The notes beneath the pieces were generated by a model, which did not search any database, was not told the DNA's origin, and worked only from the letters and a program-made list of their open reading frames with translations. Positions 57,192-64,000 of a stretch of 64,000 nt of DNA are shown one piece after another (position 1 is the first letter of the stretch; every line of letters starts with the position of its first letter). The stretch is from a virus (Duplodnaviria; Caudoviricetes), in the IMG/VR virus record IMGVR_UViG_3300029305_002470, positions 22,517 to 86,516 of that record; one strand, 5' to 3'. A program made the position numbers and the translations under genes.

Positions 57192-57390
57192 TTTGAATGG
57201 CAGAAAGGCTAAAGTTAAATCTTGGCTTAATCACTTTGCAAATGAACTTTATACATATCAACAATGTTTTCTTTGCAATTTAATTTCTTGTGATGATATT
57301 GGTAAATATCATTTTGATGATATTTGTAATAAAATAAATGCTTTAAATGTAGCATTAGAAGAAACGTTATTTGAATTGGAATATAAGTGA
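57184..57390 (+). CDS. Hypothetical protein
   Basis: ORF overlapping the dnaE stop. Confidence 0.5.
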   Translation: MNDLNGRKAKVKSWLNHFANELYTYQQCFLCNLISCDDIGKYHFDDICNKINALNVALEETLFELEYK

Positions 57391-57397
57391 GGTGATT

Positions 57398-57613
57398 ATG
57401 GGATATAGATTGACTAAAAATGCAATTAAATGTTTAAAATGTGGAGATATAATTGAGAGTAAGTCTGTTCATGATTGGGTGCGATGTTCATGTGGAGCAT
57501 GTTTTGTGGATGGTGGTCTTTATTATATGCGAGTAGGTGGCAACAAAGAAGACTGGGAAGATATGAGCGAATGGGTTGAAGAAGAAGATAAGGAGAGCGA
57601 TGAAGAATGGTAA
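57398..57613 (+). CDS. Zn-ribbon protein
   Basis: NAIKCLKCGDIIES---HD---CSCG---VDGG. Confidence 0.8.
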   Translation: MGYRLTKNAIKCLKCGDIIESKSVHDWVRCSCGACFVDGGLYYMRVGGNKEDWEDMSEWVEEEDKESDEEW

Positions 57614-57804
57614 TACATGTCTTATATTGGATAGCATTTGCCATACAAATATTTTGTTTTCCAGCGACTATATATACTGATGTAAGACGAGCATATGGTC
57701 GTATTTTCAATACTCGTATTGATACGAAAATTTATCATAAAATATTTTACTGTATGGCTATTTGTTTTATTATTTTATTTATAATAATTTTAATAATGGG
57801 GTAA
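57607..57804 (+). CDS. Small membrane protein
   Basis: AAGGAG RBS, two hydrophobic segments. Confidence 0.55.
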   Translation: MVIHVLYWIAFAIQIFCFPATIYTDVRRAYGRIFNTRIDTKIYHKIFYCMAICFIILFIIILIMG

Positions 57805-57810
57805 TGATAT

Positions 57811-58011
57811 ATGATAACAATTTATACAACAGATACATGTCCAAGATGTAAAATATTAAAAATGAAACTTCAATCTAAAAATATTGAATATGTAGAAAAT
57901 CATAATGAAAAAGAAATGGAAGAACTTGGTATTATGACAGTTCCTTATATAGAAGTTGATGGTAGACTTATGGATTTTGCAGATGCAAATACTTGGATTA
58001 ATCAACAATAA
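57811..58011 (+). CDS. Glutaredoxin/NrdH-like protein
   Basis: CPRC, TVP; upstream of nrdD. Confidence 0.85.
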   Translation: MITIYTTDTCPRCKILKMKLQSKNIEYVENHNEKEMEELGIMTVPYIEVDGRLMDFADANTWINQQ

Positions 58012-58028
58012 TAAGGAGCGAATTAATA

Positions 58029-59957
58029 ATGAATATTAATATTAGAACAAATAAAAATTTTGCAACACAATTAAACAAACTTGACCAAGAATATGGAGAA
58101 GAATTTAGAAGTCTTCAAGGACTTGATGAAGATAAATTAAGTTTTACAGATTTTATTAATAATTTTATAGACATTGATACAGTGGCAGATGCCTCTGTAG
58201 ATGCGAGTTCAAATATTGCACAAAAAGATGTTGTAGTTCTTTTAAGCGAAATGTCAAAGCCACATCAAAAACTTTTAGCATTTCATAAATTATATTATGA
58301 GATACATAAAATGTATGGTTTTAAAGTGGCGAATGAAGCATTTGAAGCAATGTGGAATTATGCTATCTACATGCATGATTTTAATACTGCAACTTTTATA
58401 AGTTATTGTTTTGCATATGATATTAAAGATATAGTTGAGAAGGGTTTATTCTTTATTGATAACTATAATGCAAAACCCCCAAAGCATTTAGATAGCTTTG
58501 TACAAATTCTTATGGAAGGTATTTGCTTCTTGGCACGTAGACAATCAGGTGCTGTAGGATTACCAAATCTTATTCCATATTTATATTATTTTTGGAGCAG
58601 AGATGTAGCAAATGGCTATTATACCAAAGACCCAGAAACATATAAGAAACAACAAATACAAGCATTAATTTATAGACTTAATCAGCCATGGGTAAGGTCT
58701 GACCAATCGGCATTTACTAATGTAAGTGTATTTGACCATCCATATTTTGAAGCTATATTTGGTGCTTCACAATTCCCAGATGGGTCATTTATGATTGATG
58801 AAGAAGAAGAGATTATACAATTTCAAAAAGATTTTATTAATGTTATTAATGAAATCAGAGAAGAAAATGTATTTACATTTCCTGTGCTTACAACCTCATT
58901 GCTTTATCAAAATAATAAATTTGTAGACGAAGACTTTGCTAAATGGTCTTGTGAAGCGTCACGTAAATGGAACTTATTTAACTTCTTTACTGACAGTACA
59001 GTTAATAGCCTTAGTAATTGTTGTAGATTAAAGTCAGATGTAACAGACCTTTACTTTAATAGTATCGGTGGTACTGCGCTTAAGGTAGGTTCTGTTAAGG
59101 TGTCTACTATTAATATTGCAAGACTTGCATATGAAAATAAAAATAATAAAAATAAGTTTTTAGAAGCATTAAAAAATCTTACAGAACTTAATTTAAAAAT
59201 ACTTGATGCTCAAAGACATATTATTATGCGTAATGTTGAAAAGGGATTATTGCCTAATTTTAGTTCAGGACTCATTGATTTTGAACACTTATATTCTACT
59301 GTAGGTATTAATGGTATATATGAAACCATTAAAACATTTGGATATACATATGTAGATGAAATAGGTAATACTCATTACACAGACGAAGCATATACATTAG
59401 GTAAAGAAATTTTTGAAACTATTCGTGGATGTATTGATGAGTTTGTAAAAGATAAAAACTATAAAATTAATATTGAACAAATCCCAGGAGAACAAGCGGC
59501 TGTTAAGTTACAAAAAGCAGACACATTACTTTATCCACATAGAGTTGTAAAAGATTTACCACTTTATGGTAATCAATGGATTCCACTTGGTATTAAAGCA
59601 AGTATAGCAGAACGTACTAAAATCTGTGCGGCTTTTGATTCATATTGTAATGGTGGAAGTATTGAACATATTAATATAGATACTTATTTTGATACATTTG
59701 ATAAAGCTTGGCATATGCTTAATTGGGTAGCACAGCAAGGTGTAACTTATTTTGCATTTAATGGTAAAGTATCACAGTGTAAAAATCATCATAGTTTTTA
59801 TGGAGATGTCTGTCCAGAATGTGGCGAACCTGTACAAACAGAATATACACGTACAGTTGGGTTCTACACCCCGACCAATACATGGTCAAAAGAACGTAAG
59901 GCAGAATATAAATTAAGAGAATGGATGCCTCTTAATGAAAAGGCAGAGAACGCATAA
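58029..59957 (+). CDS. nrdD: Anaerobic ribonucleoside-triphosphate reductase (class III)
   Basis: QSGA, SNCCRL, IPGE, C--H...CPECG, TRTVGF glycyl-radical loop. Confidence 0.93.
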   Translation: MNINIRTNKNFATQLNKLDQEYGEEFRSLQGLDEDKLSFTDFINNFIDIDTVADASVDASSNIAQKDVVVLLSEMSKPHQKLLAFHKLYYEIHKMYGFKVANEAFEAMWNYAIYMHDFNTATFISYCFAYDIKDIVEKGLFFIDNYNAKPPKHLDSFVQILMEGICFLARRQSGAVGLPNLIPYLYYFWSRDVANGYYTKDPETYKKQQIQALIYRLNQPWVRSDQSAFTNVSVFDHPYFEAIFGASQFPDGSFMIDEEEEIIQFQKDFINVINEIREENVFTFPVLTTSLLYQNNKFVDEDFAKWSCEASRKWNLFNFFTDSTVNSLSNCCRLKSDVTDLYFNSIGGTALKVGSVKVSTINIARLAYENKNNKNKFLEALKNLTELNLKILDAQRHIIMRNVEKGLLPNFSSGLIDFEHLYSTVGINGIYETIKTFGYTYVDEIGNTHYTDEAYTLGKEIFETIRGCIDEFVKDKNYKINIEQIPGEQAAVKLQKADTLLYPHRVVKDLPLYGNQWIPLGIKASIAERTKICAAFDSYCNGGSIEHINIDTYFDTFDKAWHMLNWVAQQGVTYFAFNGKVSQCKNHHSFYGDVCPECGEPVQTEYTRTVGFYTPTNTWSKERKAEYKLREWMPLNEKAENA

Positions 59958-60457
59958 TGAGAATAAAAGGCTTAGAAATTGAGGATTTTGTAAATTATAA
60001 ATATCCATCAATGTTTATAGCTGTTGGAGATTGCGATTGGAAGTGTTGCATTGAAGGTGGGTTTGATACATCAGTGTGTCACAATTCACCTTTGGCACAC
60101 GCCTATGAACGTGATGTAGATGATGATTTTATTTATTATAATTATATCAATAATCCAATAACTCAAGCTATAGTTATAGGTGGCTTAGAGCCTATGACTA
60201 GATTTGATGATATATATAATTTAATAAAATACTTTAGAAATAATAATTGTAATGATACATTTATAATATATACAGGATATTATCCTAATGAAATAAAAAA
60301 ATATTTAGAAGCATTATCAAAATTTGATAATATAATTATTAAATTTGGTAGATATAAACAAAATTCTAATCCTATATTTGATAAAGTATTAGGCATAGAA
60401 TTAGCTTCAGATAATCAATATGCTATTGCATTAAATGAAATACTTGACAAACTATAA
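59957..60457 (+). CDS. nrdG: Anaerobic RNR activating protein (radical SAM)
   Basis: CDWKC...CHN Cys cluster, GGLEP, YTGY, KFGRY. Confidence 0.88.
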   Translation: MRIKGLEIEDFVNYKYPSMFIAVGDCDWKCCIEGGFDTSVCHNSPLAHAYERDVDDDFIYYNYINNPITQAIVIGGLEPMTRFDDIYNLIKYFRNNNCNDTFIIYTGYYPNEIKKYLEALSKFDNIIIKFGRYKQNSNPIFDKVLGIELASDNQYAIALNEILDKL

Positions 60458-60472
60458 AAAATATGTTATAAT
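60444..60472 (+). promoter_or_regulatory. sigma-A promoter (perfect consensus)
   Basis: TTGACA-N17-TATAAT. Confidence 0.8.
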
Positions 60473-60517
60473 GCTATTGTTCGTTAAGAGAGATATGAGT
60501 AAAGCGAGGTTAAAAGG

Positions 60518-60916
60518 ATGAAAGAAGCTAAATATACTTGGAAAGTATTGCCAACAAATGTGGCAGAAGTAGAGAATTTCTTTAATGACATTATGAATAT
60601 TCTCAATGAAACTGATGTTAAAGAAAATAAAAAGGTTATTAAAGATGTAAGACCTGCAACTGCAAAGAAGCATAGAAAAGGTATTACAAATTTTAAGCCA
60701 CTATTTATTCCAAAGCTTAAAGATGTATGGTTTTATAAACCTGCTACAATCGCATGGTTTGAGGATGGCACAAAAACTGTAGCAGTTGCTGGCCATGGCG
60801 ATAAATATGACAAGGAAACTGGTCTTGCAATCTGTATGCTAAAGAGGGTTCTTGGAAATAAAGAATATAGAAAGATTATGGATGAATGGTGTTATAAAAA
60901 GGAGAATATGAATTAA
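60518..60916 (+). CDS. Conserved phage protein
   Basis: PATI--F-DGTKTV------D-YDKE-GLA-C--K. Confidence 0.75.
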   Translation: MKEAKYTWKVLPTNVAEVENFFNDIMNILNETDVKENKKVIKDVRPATAKKHRKGITNFKPLFIPKLKDVWFYKPATIAWFEDGTKTVAVAGHGDKYDKETGLAICMLKRVLGNKEYRKIMDEWCYKKENMN

Positions 60917-61416
60917 TGCATTTTGAAAAGGTTAGTTATGAACAGTGGTCAAAAGATTTGCCATACAAAAATATACCAGCTTCAACATTGATGAAATGGT
61001 ATCATGAAATTAAATTGCCACAGCAAGGCACTACATATTCAATGGGTGTAGATTTCTTTATGCCATATAAAACAAATATACTTCCATATAATAAAATTAA
61101 AATACCTACAGGAATCAGATGGGTATGTGACAAAGAAGAAGATAGAAAATATGGACTATTGATTGTGCCACGTAGTAGTATAGGTATTAAAAATGGTTTA
61201 AGACTTTTGAATACTATAGGTGTGGTTGATGCAGATTATTATCTATCCGATAATGAGGGACATATAATGCTGTTTATGGAAAATACAACAGATGATAATG
61301 TAGTTCTTAATAATGGCAAAGGCATAGTGCAAGGTCTTATTGTACCATATATTACACCACAGTTTGCTGAAACCAATACTGATAGACATGGTGGATTTGG
61401 TTCTACAGATTCATAA
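60916..61416 (+). CDS. dut: Trimeric dUTPase
   Basis: PRSSIG, NTIGVVDADYY, QG, RHGGFGST. Confidence 0.92.
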   Translation: MHFEKVSYEQWSKDLPYKNIPASTLMKWYHEIKLPQQGTTYSMGVDFFMPYKTNILPYNKIKIPTGIRWVCDKEEDRKYGLLIVPRSSIGIKNGLRLLNTIGVVDADYYLSDNEGHIMLFMENTTDDNVVLNNGKGIVQGLIVPYITPQFAETNTDRHGGFGSTDS

Positions 61417-61564
61417 TAAAATTTGTATTTTTTAAGGGGTGATTAGATAAGTTATTTATTAAATGAACAACTTATCAATAAGTAAGTTTTCTTTTGAAAT
61501 AGGATTAATTTTCTTTAAAAAACTGCGTGATTACTGAGTAACATACATAGGAGAAATATATATC

Positions 61565-61678
61565 ATGGCACAGAATTTTCAGGAATTTAAAAGAACAATG
61601 GCAAAGCTTGATGCACAGCTTAAAAAAGAAGAGGCAGAGCGTAAGGCACGAAAAGAATCTAAGACCAAAAAGAAATAA
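61565..61678 (+). CDS. Small basic protein (37 aa, not in ORF track)
   Basis: AGGAG RBS; MAQNFQEFKRTMAKLDAQLKKEEAERKARKESKTKKK. Confidence 0.55.
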   Translation: MAQNFQEFKRTMAKLDAQLKKEEAERKARKESKTKKK

Positions 61679-61692
61679 GGAGATAAATAGTT

Positions 61693-61851
61693 ATGGCAAG
61701 ACAGAAAGAGTTTTCAGAAGTAGAAGCTGAACTTTTTGAAATGATTTATACATATGCCATTAATAATCATATGAGTATTGGGGCAGTAGAATTTGTAACA
61801 AGAAGTGCAGTCAAATCTCTTAAAGATATTGCATTTGTTAACGAAGAATAA
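61693..61851 (+). CDS. Small hypothetical protein (52 aa, not in ORF track)
   Basis: AAGGAG RBS. Confidence 0.55.
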   Translation: MARQKEFSEVEAELFEMIYTYAINNHMSIGAVEFVTRSAVKSLKDIAFVNEE

Positions 61852-61886
61852 AAAAGTGTAGAATTCTACATTTTTAAAAATAATGC

Positions 61887-61915
61887 TTGACAAATATTAT
61901 AAAATGTGTTATAAT
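61887..61915 (+). promoter_or_regulatory. sigma-A promoter for the tRNA-like RNA
   Basis: TTGACA-N17-TATAAT with extended TG. Confidence 0.85.
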
Positions 61916-61930
61916 ATATAAGTCAATTAA

Positions 61931-62053
61931 GTTTAGTGGCGGAATATGTAGACGCTGTTGCGTGAAGATTCGGTTGCTGATGCATAAGCAAACTTAGTCA
62001 CGAGCTAAAGTAACGAAATCCGAATCATGTGAAGTGCAAATCTTCACCTAAAC
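61931..62053 (+). ncRNA. tRNA-like structured RNA with an expanded, branched anticodon domain
   Basis: GTTTAG/CTAAAC acceptor-like stem, Leu-type D arm TGGCGGAATATGTAGACGC, T arm GTGAAG-TGCAAAT-CTTCAC, inner stems GATTCGG/CCGAATC and GTTGCT/AGTAAC; no CCA. Confidence 0.6.
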
Positions 62054-62079
62054 ATTTTTAAAAATATTTAAAAATACTC

Positions 62080-62108
62080 TTGACAAATTAAAGAAAATAT
62101 GTTATAAT
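62080..62108 (+). promoter_or_regulatory. sigma-A promoter for the tRNA array
   Basis: TTGACA-N17-TATAAT with extended TG. Confidence 0.85.
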
Positions 62109-62150
62109 ACATCTTGTTGAGTGAGATTAAAAAACTTACTCAACAATTGA

Positions 62151-62224
62151 TGGGGTATAGCGTAATGGTAGCGCAAGGGACTTTGACTCCCTATGTCTGT
62201 GTTCAACTCACAGTACCCCAGCCA
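62151..62224 (+). tRNA. tRNA-Gln(UUG)
   Basis: Cloverleaf, AGGGA-CTTTGAC-TCCCT, CCA end. Confidence 0.9.
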
Positions 62225-62263
62225 CATGGTAGCATAGCTCAGTTGGTAGAGCGGGTGGCTGTT

Positions 62264-62731
62264 TACTTGACCTTACTAAGTTTAATTAAAAAAACAAATG
62301 GATAGTAAACAAAAAGGAAATATTACTGAACTTGAAACAATGTTAGCTTTTTTAAAATTAGGTTATAATGTTTTAATTCCTTATGGAGATTGTGAACGTT
62401 ATGATTATGTTGTAGATGTAAAAGGTAATTTTATTCGAGTTCAAAGTAAAACATCACATTCTGATGATGAGGGAGCTTCTTTTAAATTTGGTGGAAGAAG
62501 CTGTAATCGAAAAGATGGTAAAATTATTCATCATCAGTATACTAAAGACGAAATTGATTATTTTGCAACAACATTTAATGGAAAATATTATTTAATTCCT
62601 GTGGAAGAATGTGGAGCAAATAAGAGACTTCGTATTCTTCCAACAAAAAATGGACAAGCTAAAGATATTACTTGGGCTAAAGATTATGAATTGGATGAGG
62701 TAGTTAAAACTTGGTAAGTTGATGTGTAAGC
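62264..62731 (+). mobile_element. Anticodon-loop insertion / intron encoding an endonuclease, no group I core
   Basis: Only 34 nt before and 14 nt after the ORF; the two insert ends base-pair with each other. Confidence 0.8.
62298..62717 (+). CDS. PD-(D/E)XK endonuclease (group I intron-associated, I-Ssp6803I-like family)
   Basis: KG-I-E------LK-GY-V--P-GD--RYD-VVD------RVQ-K...Y----IDYFA. Confidence 0.82.
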   Translation: MDSKQKGNITELETMLAFLKLGYNVLIPYGDCERYDYVVDVKGNFIRVQSKTSHSDDEGASFKFGGRSCNRKDGKIIHHQYTKDEIDYFATTFNGKYYLIPVEECGANKRLRILPTKNGQAKDITWAKDYELDEVVKTW

Positions 62732-62771
62732 AACCACTGTGTCCTAGGTTCGAGTCCTAGTGTTACCGCCA

Positions 62772-63045
62772 AAGACAGTTGATACTGTCTTGCAAATATT
62801 ATAAACAACAATGTAAATTAAAGTGGATGTTAACTTAAACTTTAAAGAGAAACGCTTGACGACCCAAGTTGGTTAAATCTCGGTAGCCAATACAACAGTA
62901 GCGCATAGTACAAAAATTTCGACTATATAGCCGCAAGTCGTGGAAGAAAAATTTCGAAGTTGTTTATAACTATTAACGTCCAGTCTAGCTCAAGACGTAA
63001 AATTATTCTTGATAATACTTGAAGGCTAGTAGAGAGTATTATCAA
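62772..63045 (+). ncRNA. Unassigned structured RNA within the tRNA array
   Basis: Long-range stem TTATAAACAAC/GTTGTTTATAA (62799-62809 with 62959-62969) and two further hairpins with complementary loops. Confidence 0.4.
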
Positions 63046-63049
63046 TTAT

Positions 63050-63126
63050 TGCGGAGTGGTAGCAGTGGTTAGCTCGTCAGGCTCATAACCTGAAGGTCAT
63101 AAGTTCGAATCTTATCTCCGCAACCA
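63050..63126 (+). tRNA. tRNA-Met(CAU), initiator-like
   Basis: TCAGG-CTCATAA-CCTGA, CCA end. Confidence 0.88.
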
Positions 63127-63131
63127 ATTAT

Positions 63132-63208
63132 GCACAGGTAGTTCAGTAGGTTAGAGCAGTCGTCTTATAAGCGACTTGTCGTTGGTTCAAGTCCAACCCT
63201 GTGTACCA
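63132..63208 (+). tRNA. tRNA-Ile(UAU)
   Basis: GTCGT-CTTATAA-GCGAC, CCA end. Confidence 0.88.
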
Positions 63209-63212
63209 ATAT

Positions 63213-63289
63213 GCTCCTGTAGACCAATTGGCAGAGTCATCCGATTTAAGCTCGGAACAGTGTGGGTTCGAATCCCACTAGGAGTACCA
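63213..63289 (+). tRNA. tRNA-Leu(UAA), short variable loop
   Basis: TCCGA-TTTAAGC-TCGGA, CCA end. Confidence 0.85.
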
Positions 63290-63294
63290 ATTAT

Positions 63295-63369
63295 TGGCGA
63301 GTAGTCCAATGGCAGAGACTAGGGTCGCTACCGAATAGTAACAAGTTCGAATCTTGTTCTCGCCAACCA
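63295..63369 (+). tRNA. tRNA-like gene with an aberrant anticodon arm (undetermined)
   Basis: Acceptor TGGCGAG/CTCGCCA, D and T arms and CCA are intact; the anticodon stem does not form canonically. Confidence 0.6.
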
Positions 63370-63372
63370 TAT

Positions 63373-63449
63373 GGGTTACTATCCCAATCGGCAGAGGAAG
63401 TAGGCTCAAACCCTATAAAGTCTGGGTTCGAATCCCAGGTGACCCACCA
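63373..63449 (+). tRNA. tRNA-Leu(CAA), short variable loop
   Basis: GTAGG-CTCAAAC-CCTAT, CCA end. Confidence 0.85.
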
Positions 63450-63453
63450 ATAT

Positions 63454-63528
63454 GTTCAGATAGCTCAGTGGTAGAGCGTTGGGTTGAAGCCCCATGCGTC
63501 ATAGGTTCAAATCCTATTCTGAACACCA
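63454..63528 (+). tRNA. tRNA-Phe(GAA)
   Basis: TGGG-TTGAAGC-CCCA, CCA end. Confidence 0.88.
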
Positions 63529-63531
63529 TCA

Positions 63532-63614
63532 AAGCCACATACAGCAAATTTAAATGTATGGTTACAAATTTTGCTTTGAAAACAAATTAATGGGTTCAAT
63601 TCCCAATGTGGCTT
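63532..63614 (+). ncRNA. tRNA-like element (pseudo-tRNA)
   Basis: AAGCCACAT/ATGTGGCTT stem, ACAGCAA in place of a D arm, T-like arm TGGG-TTCAATT-CCCA; no CCA. Confidence 0.5.
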
Positions 63615-63620
63615 GTTTAT

Positions 63621-63697
63621 GCACCCTTAGTTCATTAGGTTAGAACGCTGTGCTGATAACGCAGAGGTGCTTGGTTCAAATCCAAGAGGGTGTACCA
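63621..63697 (+). tRNA. tRNA-Ile(GAU)
   Basis: CTGTG-CTGATAA-CGCAG, CCA end. Confidence 0.9.
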
Positions 63698-63701
63698 ATG
63701 T

Positions 63702-63776
63702 GTGGGTTATAGTCTAATGGTAAGACGCAAGATTGTGGCTCTTGTCATCTGAGTTCGATTCTCAGTAATCCACCCA
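63702..63776 (+). tRNA. tRNA-His(GUG)
   Basis: CAAGA-TTGTGGC-TCTTG, G-1:C73, CCA end. Confidence 0.9.
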
Positions 63777-63795
63777 ATCTAATTAATTAGACTAT

Positions 63796-63869
63796 GTGGG
63801 TGTAAGCTAAAGGAAAACGGTATGCTTTGGGAGCATACATTGTGAGTTCGAGTCTCACCTCCCGCACCA
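63796..63869 (+). tRNA. tRNA-Pro(UGG)
   Basis: TATGC-TTTGGGA-GCATA, CCA end; one acceptor mismatch. Confidence 0.82.
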
Positions 63870-63873
63870 ATAT

Positions 63874-63949
63874 GGGGCTATAGCTCAGTTGGGAGAGCAC
63901 ATGCCTTGCACGCATGGGGTCGAGGGTTCAAGTCCCTCTAGCTCCACCA
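63874..63949 (+). tRNA. tRNA-Ala(UGC)
   Basis: GGGGCTA acceptor with G3:U70, CATGC-CTTGCAC-GCATG, CCA end. Confidence 0.92.
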
Positions 63950-64000
63950 AAAGGTGAACTCTACCTAAATTCATATCAAGGAAACCAATAGATATAATAG

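Larger units (their letters stand above)
62228..62771 (+). tRNA. tRNA-Asn(GUU) interrupted after position 36 by a 468-nt insert
   Basis: 5-prime half 62228-62263 (GGTAGCA...GGTGG CT GTT); 3-prime half 62732-62771 (AA CCACT...TGTTACC G CCA). Confidence 0.88.

Noticed and set aside
48608-59957. Inteins or introns in helicase, DnaE or NrdD
   Set aside because: The ORFs are continuous and of normal length, with no C/S...HN-C/S/T intein signature seen
62264-62731. Group I intron call for the tRNA-Asn insert
   Set aside because: No P3-P7 core elements in the 34 and 14 nt flanks, and no terminal G
62772-63045. tmRNA or 6S RNA identity for the structured spacer
   Set aside because: No tRNA-Ala-like ends, no tag ending in ALAA-like residues, and no convincing 6S central bubble
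1-64000. Stop-codon reassignment
   Set aside because: Long genes read through under the standard code, TAG and TGA end real genes, and no suppressor tRNA is seen

Overview
This window is part of a large, AT-rich tailed-phage genome, most likely infecting a Firmicutes (Clostridia-like) host. Its layout resembles SPbeta-like phages. (1) Minus strand, 40-12579: head/packaging block with prohead protease-scaffold, portal, a large terminase split by a group I intron encoding a Vsr-like endonuclease, a metallophosphoesterase, two HU-like proteins and a YonO-type single-subunit RNA polymerase. (2) Plus strand, 12770-27980: accessory genes (RNA ligase, ThyX, Lar-like, SPFH, two DNA methyltransferases, HD hydrolase). 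(3) About 28.0-29.6 kb: a non-coding island packed with host-type protein-binding palindromes, including three tandem CIRCE (HrcA) elements, two perfect parS sites and GntR-like boxes. (4) 29.7-44.6 kb: an early-type region of small, often very acidic proteins behind consensus sigma-A promoters, marked by nine copies of a 16-bp palindrome and containing a probable SAM lyase. (5) 44.7-61.9 kb: tyrosine recombinase, SSB-like protein, ATPase, helicase, primase, exonuclease, methyltransferase, DnaE, NrdDG and dUTPase. (6) 61.9-64 kb: a tRNA array with a tRNA-Asn interrupted by a ribozyme-less PD-(D/E)XK endonuclease insert, a tRNA-Ile(UAU) and several tRNA-like or structured RNAs. The strongest candidate for a new system is the operator/parS decoy island. 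All protein family calls are by eye, without database searches.
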